A stretch of DNA of 63,986 nt, filler included, from Octopus bimaculoides (Eukaryota), in NCBI RefSeq assembly GCF_001194135.2. It is 8 parts of 7 records of this genome, joined end to end, with 100 filler letters (N's around TTAATTAATTAA, not from the genome) between each part and the next. Parts side by side here need not be neighbours in the genome. Positions count along the whole stretch, not along the records: positions 45,943 to 53,337 come from NC_069004.1; positions 53,438 to 59,405 come from NC_068986.1; positions 59,506 to 62,769 come from NC_068988.1; positions 62,870 to 63,986 come from NW_026318800.1; 4 more parts are not named here. One strand, written 5' to 3'. The notes under the pieces were generated by a model that saw only the letters and a program-made list of their open reading frames with translations, did no database searches and had not been told where the DNA came from. Each line of letters starts with the position of its first letter. Positions within the stretch are counted from its first letter, which is position 1. Below are positions 51,300 to 62,936 of the stretch, piece after piece. Made by a program: the position numbers and the translations under genes.

Positions 51300-53120
51300 A
51301 TTTTTAGGTATTTCTACCAAGAACACCCCTATACCATCTAGGGACACATATGGAATTTCTTCTATATGAGACCACCGAATTTATAAACAGATTAAGATAG
51401 TAGGCATTTTTCTAGGTTGCTAAATACGAACAATCTAATGAAAAGGACAGTTATAATCCCTCCTTCAAACCCAGCTCTGGTAAACTTCGAAAAAGACTTA
51501 ATGCACCTCATAATAAATTTAAAGTTTTCTAAACATACCAATTCCTTCCGGAAAACATATGAAGGATAAAATTATCACCTGCTCTACACGTACTCTCCGA
51601 TAAAATGGGCAACATTTATTCAATACCGCTGGATACCTACAATGAACTAATTTTTAAGGAATTAAATACCAATTATGAACATGCAAAGGATACCGCACTC
51701 GAGAATATTAATAAAATACACTATAAACCCATCTCAAATTTGAACCTACTAGACAGGACTGAACCTTACGTACCAATAACTTCCCACTTTACTTGAAAAG
51801 ATCATAAACCTAACTTCCAATCGAAACCATCTATTAGACTTATATGTCCAACAAAATCCGACTTGCGTAAAATTAGAAAATGCATAACAGATAGAACAAT
51901 ACCGTGTGCCAAAAATGAATAGAATAATACCATGTGGTATTATGGAATTCCCTTAATGGATTTCAACTGGGGATGTAATAACATGGTCCCATTCTCTGCC
52001 AGGTATGCAAAACACTCGCTTTATACAGTTTGACATTTCGAATTTTTATACTTCTATTTCCCCTATCTTATTGAACAAGGCATTAATATTTGCCCGTAAT
52101 TTCGCTAATATCCCCCCGATCCAATTTTCACATTATTTTGGCAGCGAGAAAAACCTTGATTAATTTTAATGAGCGTAATTGGATAAGAAGTGACTATATG
52201 AACTACTTCGACATCACTATGGGTTCGTCAGACTCGGCCCAGGTGACAAACCTTGTGGTCTATATCCCCTTTTTCATGTTAAGAGAAGTTTTCCAAACGT
52301 CTCTGGTGGGCTTTATAGGGATGCCACTCTCTTGGAAGTAAATGGCTTATCTAAACCGGAGGTCGCACACATTAAGAAGTCATTAAGAAAATTTCTTTTG
52401 ACTTTCTTTAATCTTAATATTGTATTTGATACTAACACAAAAATTGTGAACTTTTTAGACGTCACACTTAATTTAAACACCAAATTATATTACCCTTACC
52501 GCAAACAAAATCAAACATTACAGTATATAAACGTTTCTTCTAATCATCTTAAACTAATATCATTACGGCTATCTCTATTAGAATCTCCAGCCTATCGGCG
52601 GCAAACGAGGAGATTTTTAAAGCACATGCTCCATTTTATTATCAAGCCCTAAAATTAAGCAGCTTTCATGATCATATTTTCTACATCCCTGACAACAAAC
52701 TCAAAACCAAATTAGCTAATCTCCCTCTGACATTAATCCTGAAATCACTAAAACGATTTCTTCCTAAAATTATAAACATATAAGAAAACCTTTCGTTAAT
52801 CATACTAAACTTCGTAACGTTCAGTTTAGTAATCGTAACAAATACAGTCCCTATTTCTAGGCTTACGTGATACTCACACAAACCTAGGTTTCTGGATGTT
52901 ATTTGTCCTCAGGGTGAGACAACCACAAACGAGTGACAAAAGCTCTCTCCACTTGCAAATACTATATAATTTTTAAACGACGCTGATTTCGTGTAGAGAA
53001 AAGCAACTTGTTTTAACTCTCTGAGCGGAAGATATGTTCTTATTCTATTATGCCACCTACAGCCTAATGATGCCAATTGACAATACCAGTTTTTGGGTCG
53101 CACCGAGCTGTGCCGATATA
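51300..53120 (+). mobile_element. Decayed Penelope-like element (RT + GIY-YIG), pseudogenised
   Basis: KNTPIPS; SDKMGNIY; KDHKPNF..IRLICPTKS; RFIQFDISNFYTSIS; FDITMGSSDSA; GLYRD; IVNFLDVTLNL..YPYRK..YINVSSNH; degenerate YYAT..FLGRTE. Many stops and frameshifts. Confidence 0.85.
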
Positions 53121-53486
53121 TGTAGGGTAAATATAGTAATAGTAATAATAATTCTTGGACGGAATTTTAAAATATTTTAATGCATCGCAATACATTAAAA
53201 AAATTAATAAATTCTATCCAAGGATTCTTATTATTACTATATATATATCACGCTGCCGCACTTGCCCTTACCTCTCCAACACCACCCTCCTCACCAGCAC
53301 CCATCACCGACCCTATCGCATCACCGACTCCTTCACCNNNNNNNNNNNNNNNNNNNNNNNNNNNNNNNNNNNNNNNNNNNNTTAATTAATTAANNNNNNN
53401 NNNNNNNNNNNNNNNNNNNNNNNNNNNNNNNNNNNNNCAGACAGGCAGACAGACAGACAGACAGACAGACTGATAGACAGACAGAC

Positions 53487-53542
<56 letters not shown>

Positions 53543-53629
53543 CGCGACTAACATAAGGTTCGAATATTTCTTAGATGTTATTCCCGAGATAATCACAGAG
53601 AGGTGAAGACTTTACAACAGCCTAATGAA

Positions 53630-53790
53630 AACCCATTAGTGTTTACGTCCCCGTAACTTTGCGGTTCGGCAAAAGAGACCAATAGAATAAGTACTAGGCT
53701 TACAAAGAATAAGTCCTGGGGTCGATTTTCTCGACTAAAGGCTTCAGCATGGCCGCAGTCAAATGACTGAAACAAGTAAAAGAGTAAAAG
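53630..53790 (+). mobile_element. SINE family A 3' tail
   Basis: GTTTACGTCCCCGTAACTT.GCGGTTCGGCAAAAGAGACC..CAGCATGGCCGCAGTCAAATGACTGAAACAAGTAAAAGAG. Confidence 0.9.
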
Positions 53791-54519
53791 AGTAAAGAGT
53801 ACAACCCGTATTATTCTTATCCCACTAGTAGCCATTCCTGATCTCATTATATTTTGCAACAATATATTCCTTGACATTTCCAATTATTTATATTTCCATA
53901 TAGCAGAATGGTTCAGTGTTTAACTTTTCACCCGAAACTATTCCAGTCTTCATTTCTCTTGCAACTTTAACCCATAATAGCCACTCCTGATCTCACTGTA
54001 ACACAGTAATGTACACTTAATTTTCTATAGATATTTTATTCCCTGCTTTTATTTTTGTCCCTTTAAGTTATATTTTATATATAATTTTTATGTTGTTTAC
54101 ATTATAAAGGATTTTTCAATTCAATATTTACATGTTGTTGCTTACAGCTTTATGTGTATGCTTTGATATATATACTATCCTCAAAACAATTTTTTCACGT
54201 TCTCTCGAAAGTTTATAAGAATCTTATGGCGCTCTATATTCATAACTCTAAGAAAGAACTCACCTCTAGCAATATTCATATGCGCTATCCCCTTACAATT
54301 CTTTTAACGCAGGAAACAGTACTGGAAACTCTACATACGACCAACATAAATATCACCGATATTCTGATAACTTGTTGAATTTTGTCGTCTGAGTACTAGG
54401 TATTAACCGAGTGTGAATCTGGAAGTTGCGATGAATTATCTCTGACAGACTTCATTACATATATATTTCACTCTACTATTGCGCTGAATATTCTGATTCT
54501 GTATGTGATAACATAAATT

Positions 54520-54575
<56 letters not shown>

Positions 54576-54989
54576 TAAATAATAAAATCCAAGAATCTAA
54601 GTGGAGGAAGTTTTTAAGCTTCGAGCCGTCTGTGGTAAGTATATAAAAAAAAAATAACGTTTAAGTACCATAATAATTTATTGGTGAGCGTTTTAGACTT
54701 TTCCCATCTCGAAGTTCGATAATCTGTAAAAAAGACTTTTTATAGCTCACTGTTAGCAACCTGAGTCGCAATGAATGCGAAGAAAAATCCAAATTGAAGG
54801 AGTAGAGTAGATAAAATTCAGGATACACATGTTTCCTATCTAGCAGGTCTTCTGATGTAATAATTACTCAACGAGGGTACTCTGCTAGCTACTCATCCGG
54901 CCGAAGGTACCCTAATATATGACGATTACATCATCGTTAAGGAATCCCAAATTAACTCGCCGAAGATATGTATGTATGTATGTATAGAC

Positions 54990-55054
<65 letters not shown>

Positions 55055-55773
55055 CGGGTATGAGTATAAGTGCGAATATATTGTTGTTAAATCAGATGTT
55101 TTCTCCTCAGTGAAAAAGATCTATCAAACTAATTTAAGGGTTTTCTGCCGTTTTATCAGAGGACATTTACTCCTCTTTTTTTTTTTTCTCATTTTTTTTT
55201 TTTAACATTGAGAGAATGATAAGTTATAGCCATAGCAAATCCAAACCCGAATTGAACTAAATTGGTCTACTGCAATTTGTTACACTGTGCAGTGTTAGCA
55301 TTATGCATTATCTAATTAACAGAAGCACTACAGAACACTTCATTTTATTAAAGTAATGTAAGGTAGACTTACATGTGTTTTATAAATAAATGAGCACATT
55401 TTTAGCCTCCTTATGATACCGTGGTTAGATCACAGATGTTTACATCGTGTGAGCAGATACTATAATGTGAATTAAAGCTGACCAATTGAGTCTAACCGAG
55501 TTTGTATACAAAATAGATAACTGTATAATACTTTTGTCCGCATGTCAAGCAAATGAGTAACTGATGACTGACGAAATAGTAAAATATTTGCTGAAACTAG
55601 TCCTCAAATTCGTTTCTGATTACAAAGAAAAACATGCAGCTTGACTATTGTATCTAATTTTGATAGCGAGGCTTAAAATTTGTGTTTACTAAATAATACA
55701 CAACGTGAAAACTATAATGTTACTTTACATCTATCTCTCCACCCTAATATGCTACTCTGTGATGCTTCCGTTA

Positions 55774-55844
<71 letters not shown>

Positions 55845-55910
55845 TACATACACGCACACACGTTGTTCCTTCGCAGGTATACACACACACACACACACAC
55901 NNNNNNNNNN

Positions 55911-55957
<47 letters not shown>

Positions 55958-56087
55958 TACATCTCACTCACCTCTCTCTCTATCAATCTATCTATCTTTG
56001 TATATATGCATATGTGTATGTGCATATATATGTACGTACATACGTACGTATATATGTATGAATGTATGTGAATATGTATGCATGTAT

Positions 56088-56121
<34 letters not shown>

Positions 56122-56309
56122 TGTATGTATGTATGTATGTGCGTGTGCATGTACAGCGTATTGTTTATCACTTCCGGTAACAAGTGAATCGATAAAAGGA
56201 CTGCCAAGATGACTACAATGTATGTTAAAGGTGGTGTCTGCTGTTTGTGATATCCTTTTGACAATAGATCATTAAACTGATCTCTATAGATAACAACACA
56301 ATGGTAATG

Positions 56310-56383
<74 letters not shown>

Positions 56384-56384
<1 letters not shown>

Positions 56385-56716
56385 TATGATAATCGACATA
56401 GCATGCCCCGGTGACAACAGGATCAATGTGAAAGAAGAAAAAATAAATAAATAAATATGACGATTTAAAGTGGGAAATACGAAGGCTGTGGTCAATAAGA
56501 GAGTAGACGTGGTACAAATAGTAATTGGTGCACTTGGAAGTATCAGCACTCAACTACCAACACGGCTGAAAAAGATCGGTGCAAGAGTGAAGGTAGGACA
56601 CCCACAAAAATCGGCATTGCTTGGAACTACAAGAATTCTTCGCAGGGTTCTTGAAGCATGACCAGCAAAACAAGCAAGACATCATACCCAGCAATATAAG
56701 CTGTGAGTTTTAACAC

Positions 56717-56717
<1 letters not shown>
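56384..56717 (+). mobile_element. 5'-truncated R4/Dong-like non-LTR element (restriction-like endonuclease end) flanked by (AAT)n
   Basis: IIDIACPGDNRINVKEEK..KYDDLKWEIRRLW..IVIGALG..QKSALLGTTRILRRVLEA*; (AAT)n at 56305-56383 and 56718-56773. Confidence 0.85.
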
Positions 56718-56773
<56 letters not shown>

Positions 56774-56774
<1 letters not shown>

Positions 56775-56965
56775 TAGTCCAATAATGTAGTGCAATATAA
56801 CATACAGAAAATTGCACTACTGGGCTCTGCACACATCCTACGCAAAACACTTTCAATACAGTAACCATAAGAGCATCACAGCAAACCACAGCACATACCC
56901 AAGGCACACAGAGCTGCGCTCGGTAGTGAAGTGAAAGCACGTTATAAAAATAAAACTACTGAACA
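56774..56965 (+). mobile_element. Second, different R4/Dong-like 3' end, also followed by (AAT)n
   Basis: YNIQKIALLGSAHILRKTLSIQ* at 56796-56864, then a 3' UTR unrelated to the first. Confidence 0.75.
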
Positions 56966-56974
56966 ATAATAATA

Positions 56975-57011
<37 letters not shown>

Positions 57012-57114
57012 CAATCATTTTCCATCAGGGCGAAGGATGCGGGGGACAATACAAAGACAGACATAAAGTGGTGTTGTACCTATAATGAAATGATAAAATA
57101 ATTATAAAAAATTT

Positions 57115-57420
57115 TTTTTTTAAGTATACATGGTATACAATGAAAAGGAAAGGACATATACATAGTTTACAAAGGATTTAAAAAAAAAAAGGCGGGGTGC
57201 AGGATGATAGAGACGTAGCCCTCCTGATACAGGATGACCTCTAGGGATAATCGAGGGACCACACTGTCCGAGATCTCCCTGAGCACCAAGAGCAAGTGCC
57301 CTCTCCAATTCCTTTTCTCTAACTCCCAAGTCTACACTTAGAGAGGTACCATCTGGGTTTCCTAGGTAGGTGTAGTGAAAAGGCGGTGAGCTGAACAATC
57401 TGTCTTTGATCATAATGATG
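57115..57420 (-). mobile_element. Possible poly(A)-tailed retroelement 3' end
   Basis: GC-richer segment ending on the minus strand in ..CATGTATACTTAAAAAAAAAA; no clear protein motif. Confidence 0.25.
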
Positions 57421-57619
57421 GTGTTCTCGTTATTAAATCATTGTTATCGTTAAATACTAAAAAGTGATAAAGAAACATTGATCGTTTTTGTTGCTGGTGT
57501 CCTTGCTTAATCCATGGTCAACCCCGGTGCAGCAGACATTATAAGCAAATATATGCCAGCCATGATCATCACGCCTGTATTCCATAGTATATTTCGGACT
57601 ACATTTAAGAAAGTATAGA

Positions 57620-58151
57620 CGCAGGTATGGCTGTGTTGTTAAGAAGCTCGCTTTACAATCACGTGGTTCCGAATTCAATCCCACTGAGTGGCGCCTTGGG
57701 CTGACCAACGCCTTGTAAGTGAATTTGGTGGACAGAACCTGTATGGAAGCCTGCTGTGAATATGTGTGTGTGTGTGTGTGTGTGAAAAATGTGTCCCTGT
57801 GTTTGACCACCACACTACCGTTTGATAACTGGCATTGGCTTGTTTACGTCTCCGTAACTTAGCGGTTCGGCAAAAGCTACATCTAGAATAAGTCACGTGT
57901 CCATGTGATAACGTGACCGACCAGACTATCAGATGGTGTGACACATCGCTGGTCACAATACCCTTTGCATCGTTTTAACCATCGAATGACGCCACCCCGC
58001 TGGCTAAGCGAGCAGGCCAACACTTGATTGAAAGGAGACTAAATGAAGTGTCTTGTTCAAGAACACAACGCGCCGCTCGGTCTGGGAATCGAACATACGA
58101 TCTAGCGATCGTGAGTACAACACCCTAATCCTTAGGCCACGCACCTTCACC
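57620..58151. mobile_element. SINE A head + (TG)n + tail (57620-57895 +) followed by SINE C (57905-58151 -)
   Basis: Matches to other A and C copies. Confidence 0.8.
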
Positions 58152-58219
58152 TACAATAAGTACCAGACTTAAAACGGAAAAAAAATGAAGTAGTACTGGG
58201 TCGATTTGTTCTTCTAGAC

Positions 58220-58448
58220 AAGGGTTTCTCAACCATTTCTTCCCTGTGGATCCCTTTGATTCCTATTTTACTTGGATGGATTCTCATAGCCATTCGATGT
58301 TTAAAAAGTCCTGTTACATTTTTATAATTAAATATTATTTGGAATTGTATAAAAAAAATTATGAAAATATTTTGTGTATTGAAGCAACACAATCTTATAT
58401 GGACCCCCAAAGGTCATATGAACCTCTGTTGAGAACCACGAACCACTG
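58220..58448. mobile_element. hAT/Charlie-type MITE nested in a SINE A tail (58152-58512)
   Basis: TSD TTCTAGAC (58212-58219) / ATCTAGAC (58449-58456) fits NTCTAGAN; ends AAGGGTTTCTCAAC ... GTTGAGAACCAC(GAACCAC)TG. Confidence 0.8.
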
Positions 58449-58794
58449 ATCTAGACACTTCAAAGTGGTGCTCCAGCATTGCCGAAGTCCAATGACTGAA
58501 ACAAGTAAAAGCATGTCTAATGACTAATGAGATTTAAAGACTTTACTGCTATTTCTAATTGTTAAAGAGACCACGTAGAGACTTTATTGTTAACTCGTGT
58601 TCTTGTTTTCCATATTATTTGTTCGTTAGCCCCAGGTTAGTCTTGCTCGAGCAGGCATATGATCAAAGGCGTTCCAGCCGCGACCATTGCGTCGTTTTAT
58701 ATATGAAATATTTCAATGTCCAATGCGTTCTAACACAATAAAGTGTGATTTGAGGGAGATTTTACTGCTTTCTCCAGCAGGTTAAACAGCATTG

Positions 58795-58844
<50 letters not shown>

Positions 58845-59173
58845 AACTACTACTACTACTACTTATAGCGCTAATATAACTATTACAACTTCAACTACTA
58901 CAACTATCACTATTACAACTACTACTAGTACTTCTACAACTATTACAACTTCTACAGCAACAGTTACTACTACCACCACTAATACTACTAACACTACCAG
59001 TAAAACTAAAAGCCAACGAGTAAGCCTCCACATGGTCACTCGACCAGCTAGAAATAACTGCTAGATATGCCTCAAATCACAACCCTACTGTCTTAGGAAG
59101 GACACGTTGATTGGAAACTGTGTCCCCTGCAAATTTGAAAGAGACGAGATGGTCATGGATCGAAAGCAGACCT

Positions 59174-59229
<56 letters not shown>

Positions 59230-59250
59230 TGCAGTAGCAGCAGCAGCAGC
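58795..59250. repeat. (ACT)n at 58795-59000 and (AGT/AGC)n at 59176-59250
   Basis: Direct; explains poly-T and poly-L ORFs. Confidence 0.9.
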
Positions 59251-60189
59251 AGCCTAGGGTTGTGCAAATAAACATGATGGTCATGTCGGGTACGTTTTTG
59301 ATCATAGAGTATGTCAACTAACTTGGATCTAAATAACAACATGCAAACGTTTAGCCAACTGTCAGACACCACGCAGCAGCATAGCCGATAAGGTGCGTTT
59401 GATATNNNNNNNNNNNNNNNNNNNNNNNNNNNNNNNNNNNNNNNNNNNNTTAATTAATTAANNNNNNNNNNNNNNNNNNNNNNNNNNNNNNNNNNNNNNN
59501 NNNNNATATATATATATATATATAATTACTTCCAAAAACGGAGAAAAAGACAAGAAGAAAGAAGCAACACACCAACGTGAGGACGTAGCACGAACAAAGT
59601 AATAATAAGACGCTCAGAGAAAGAAAATAGTGATTGTTTTATGTTTTGAGCATAGCTCCTCTTCGGAAACAGAAAACATAGGAAAATCCAAAGGAAAATG
59701 AACAAGGAGTAAAACAAGTCGCTAACAGTCCACGTGTATTTAGATTTTTGAAATGACCAGAAGTAGAAGGACAAATGTGCGTGTGTTTGTTTGTGCGTGC
59801 ATGCGTGCGTGTGTGTGTGCGAGCGTGAGAATGAGAGAGGGGTGAGGTGGAGTATGGGTGCGTTGTCTGAAGGGTGTGTGAATGGATGGGTGTGGCTGTG
59901 TATGTGTGTGGCTGTGTATGTGTGTGTGTTGGGATGTGTACGTAGACGGAGTGGGAATGTGCATATGTGTGCGTGTGAGAGTCTATCTCTGTGTGCGTTC
60001 TGTCACTGTCTCTCTGTGAATAAATGTGTGTGTGTACCTATCTCTGTGTGTCACTCTGTTGCCCTCTCTCGGTATATATGTGTGTGTGGATGTCTGTGTG
60101 TACGTGTGTCGTGCATGTATATGTGTGCATGTACGTGAGTTGTGTGTGCGTTGTGTGTGGATGTGTGTGCGTGTGTATGCATTATTTCT

Positions 60190-60331
60190 TTACTACCCAC
60201 AAGGGGCTGCACACAGAGGGGACAAACAAGGACAGACAAACGGATTAAGTCGATTATATCGACCCCAGTGCGTATCTGGTACTTATTTAATCGACCCCAA
60301 AAGACGAAAGGCAAAGTCGACCTCAGCGGAA
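60190..60331 (-). mobile_element. SINE family B 3' half (same subfamily tail as 1343)
   Basis: GGGGACAAACAA.GACAGACAA..GATTAAGTCGATT..ATCGACCCCAGTG..GAAAGGCAAAGTCGACCTC. Confidence 0.85.
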
Positions 60332-60424
60332 CATACATGCACAAGGTGTGTTTGTTTTCATTTTGTGGGTTGGCAGGACAGCGTTGCTCTCGTAGCCAAC
60401 TAGCTGCGTGTAGTTCGTTTCTGT

Positions 60425-60730
60425 ATTAATTAATATTTGGTTTGGTCTTGCTAATGATGATGGCTTCGTTTAAGCTCAGGGTACCAAAGAGCCGTTCTGT
60501 GGCGGGAATGGAAACCTGGATGTCTTGGGTATGGCTTTCCCGTAGAGTTTTCCGCAGTGTACAAGTCATACATTCAGTCATTCCTTGCGGATCACCCAGT
60601 GGTTTTTCATATGTGGATTGGTGATGCGTTGGCGTTTGATGACAGAGTGCGGATTGCATTCTATGTTAGGATGATTCGGAATCGTACGGTGCTGGTCTTT
60701 TTGTCATCTGCATCACAACATTTACCGCGT
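60425..60730 (-). mobile_element. Possible PLE GIY-YIG C-terminal fragment
   Basis: LSLNEAIIISKTKPNIN fits the LxxxEAxxIxxxxPxxN end of PLE endonucleases; HMKNH upstream in another frame. Confidence 0.4.
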
Positions 60731-60739
60731 AGACGAAAT

Positions 60740-60935
60740 ATGTGTAGAAGCCCGTCGTATATATGCCTGTATTTGCGTTTTTATTTGTCCTCCACCACTG
60801 CTTGACAACCAGTGTAGGTTTGCTAATGGCCCTGTAACTTAGTGGTTCGGCAAAAGAGGCCAGTACTTACAAAATAAGTACTGAGGTCAATTTGCTCGAC
60901 TAAAGCCTTTAACACAGTGCCCCAGCATGACCCAT
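60740..60935 (+). mobile_element. SINE family A head end + tail
   Basis: GAAGCCCGTCGTATATAT..CTTGACAACC.GTG..GTAACTTAG.GGTTCGGCAAAAGAG..GCCCCAGCATG. Confidence 0.8.
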
Positions 60936-61559
60936 TTCAAGAAATATATCTTGTCAGAATTTAAAAGTTGACTACCAGACACTTAGTAAACCCTTAACAT
61001 CTAATTTACGTCTGCTTGACATCGAATTATTGTAGCGTTGGTTATCTCTCTTGTGTTTTCTTTTTGTCTTCTTCTTTACAAGCGTCTCTTGTTTAATCGT
61101 TATTTGCTCAAAAGACAACTCACAAACGATCTTGTTTAATAACTATTATTTTTATCGAGAAACCCTGGGTCGCTGTATTTACAAGATTTATGGGATTTTA
61201 TTTTAAAATTACACATACACGCGCGCGCACACACGCACGCACAAACAAACAACCACATACACACACACACGCACGCATATATTCTGTTACTGTATTAATT
61301 GTCTCTGCCCGTAATTTTCCGTTCCACTTCTATGTTATTGACCTTCACATTTAGTCATTATTTGTTCGTCACGGCAGTGATATTCTCCATGCCACAGGCG
61401 CAAACTGAACACTGGTAGCATGGAATTTAAGGTTTCCGGATTTAAATGCGCCGAAACTACACTGCATTTTGCCTATCTGGCTGATGGAAAGATTGCAATG
61501 TTTATTTGCCATCTTTCCTTTTCCGTTAATCGTTTCCATGTTCCGTTTCAACTTCTCAT

Positions 61560-61607
<48 letters not shown>

Positions 61608-61608
<1 letters not shown>

Positions 61609-61702
61609 CGATGGGCTTCTTTCAGTTTCCGTTAACCAAATCCACTTGGTCCAAGGTGCCAAGCAATAAAACTACTTACCACACAGCCACTCCTGAGCCT
61701 AT
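61608..61702 (-). mobile_element. SINE family A head, internally deleted
   Basis: GGGCTTCTTTCAGTTTCCGT..CCAAATCCAC..CTACTTACCACACAGCCACTCCTG. Confidence 0.8.
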
Positions 61703-61821
61703 TTATACACACACACACACACACACACACACGTTTATATATATATAGCTTTCTACGTATGTTTATGTGCAAATGTATATATACTGATACGAATATACAG
61801 AGAATGAGAGATAGAGAAAGC

Positions 61822-61861
<40 letters not shown>

Positions 61862-62936
61862 GTGAGAGAGANNNNNNNNNNNNNNNNNNNNNNNNNNNNN
61901 NNNNNNNNNNNNNNNNNNNNNNNNNNNNNNNNNNNNNNNNNNNNNNNNNNNNNNNNNNNNNNNNNNNNNNNNNNNNNNNNNNNNNNNNNNNNNNNNNNNN
62001 NNNNNNNNNNNNNNNNNNNNNNNNNNNNNNNNNNNNNNNNNNNNNNNNNNNNNNNNNNNNNNNNNNNNAGAGAGAGAGAGAGAGAGAGAAGGAGAGAGAA
62101 ACAACACAATCAGTGCATAAGTCGGTTGTATTCTAGGAGTTATATACGCACAAAGTTGGTCTAATATTAAAAGAAAAAGAAAAGAATGACGGAAAATTTT
62201 CATAACACTTGATTCGAACTCCGATCGATTTGCAGAACTCCACCAAAAAATACTTTACAGCATTCACATCGTCTCCACTATACGTACTTTCTATTACGTT
62301 ATTTTTGTTCTTTCTCCCCATTTCAAACGAAGACAATCACATTGCTTGAATATAATATATCTAATTGACTAACTATTGTTATCTTCCTCCTTGCTGATAG
62401 ACGTGTAACAAACAAACATTAGTTGTCAGTGTATACATGATAACAATGAAATACTAAATATTAAATTTGTAAATATAAAGAATAAGTTAAACACATTTCA
62501 TATGCATCTTTCCTATACACGAAGACAGAATGAAGCAGTAATTACAAAATATAAAGCTGTCAATCATGTCAACGATAGGTCTTAATCGTATAAAGGGAGA
62601 CTCTTGATATGACATACAACACAGACGTTTGTCCTTAACAACACAACAATAACTCTATCATATTCTGAATGAGTAATTTTATTCAAGCCTTTAAGATTCT
62701 CGCAGCGAAACAAAGTATCTCTGATATTAAACAGAAGATGCTGAATATATATATATATATATATATATANNNNNNNNNNNNNNNNNNNNNNNNNNNNNNN
62801 NNNNNNNNNNNNNTTAATTAATTAANNNNNNNNNNNNNNNNNNNNNNNNNNNNNNNNNNNNNNNNNNNNTATATATATATATATATATGTGTAATATATA
62901 TATATATATATTATATATAAATATATATGTATATAT

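Noticed and set aside
51794-51796. In-frame TGA in the PLE ORF as selenocysteine
   Set aside because: It replaces the Leu of the TLKDHK motif in an ORF with many other stops and frameshifts.
55561-55580. CTGATGA-CTGAC-GAAA
   Set aside because: No stem II or stem I pairing possible.
62133-62336. ORF with YSGDD..CKSIGVRI as an RT YADD region or exon
   Set aside because: Too short and no adjacent RT motifs or splice signals.
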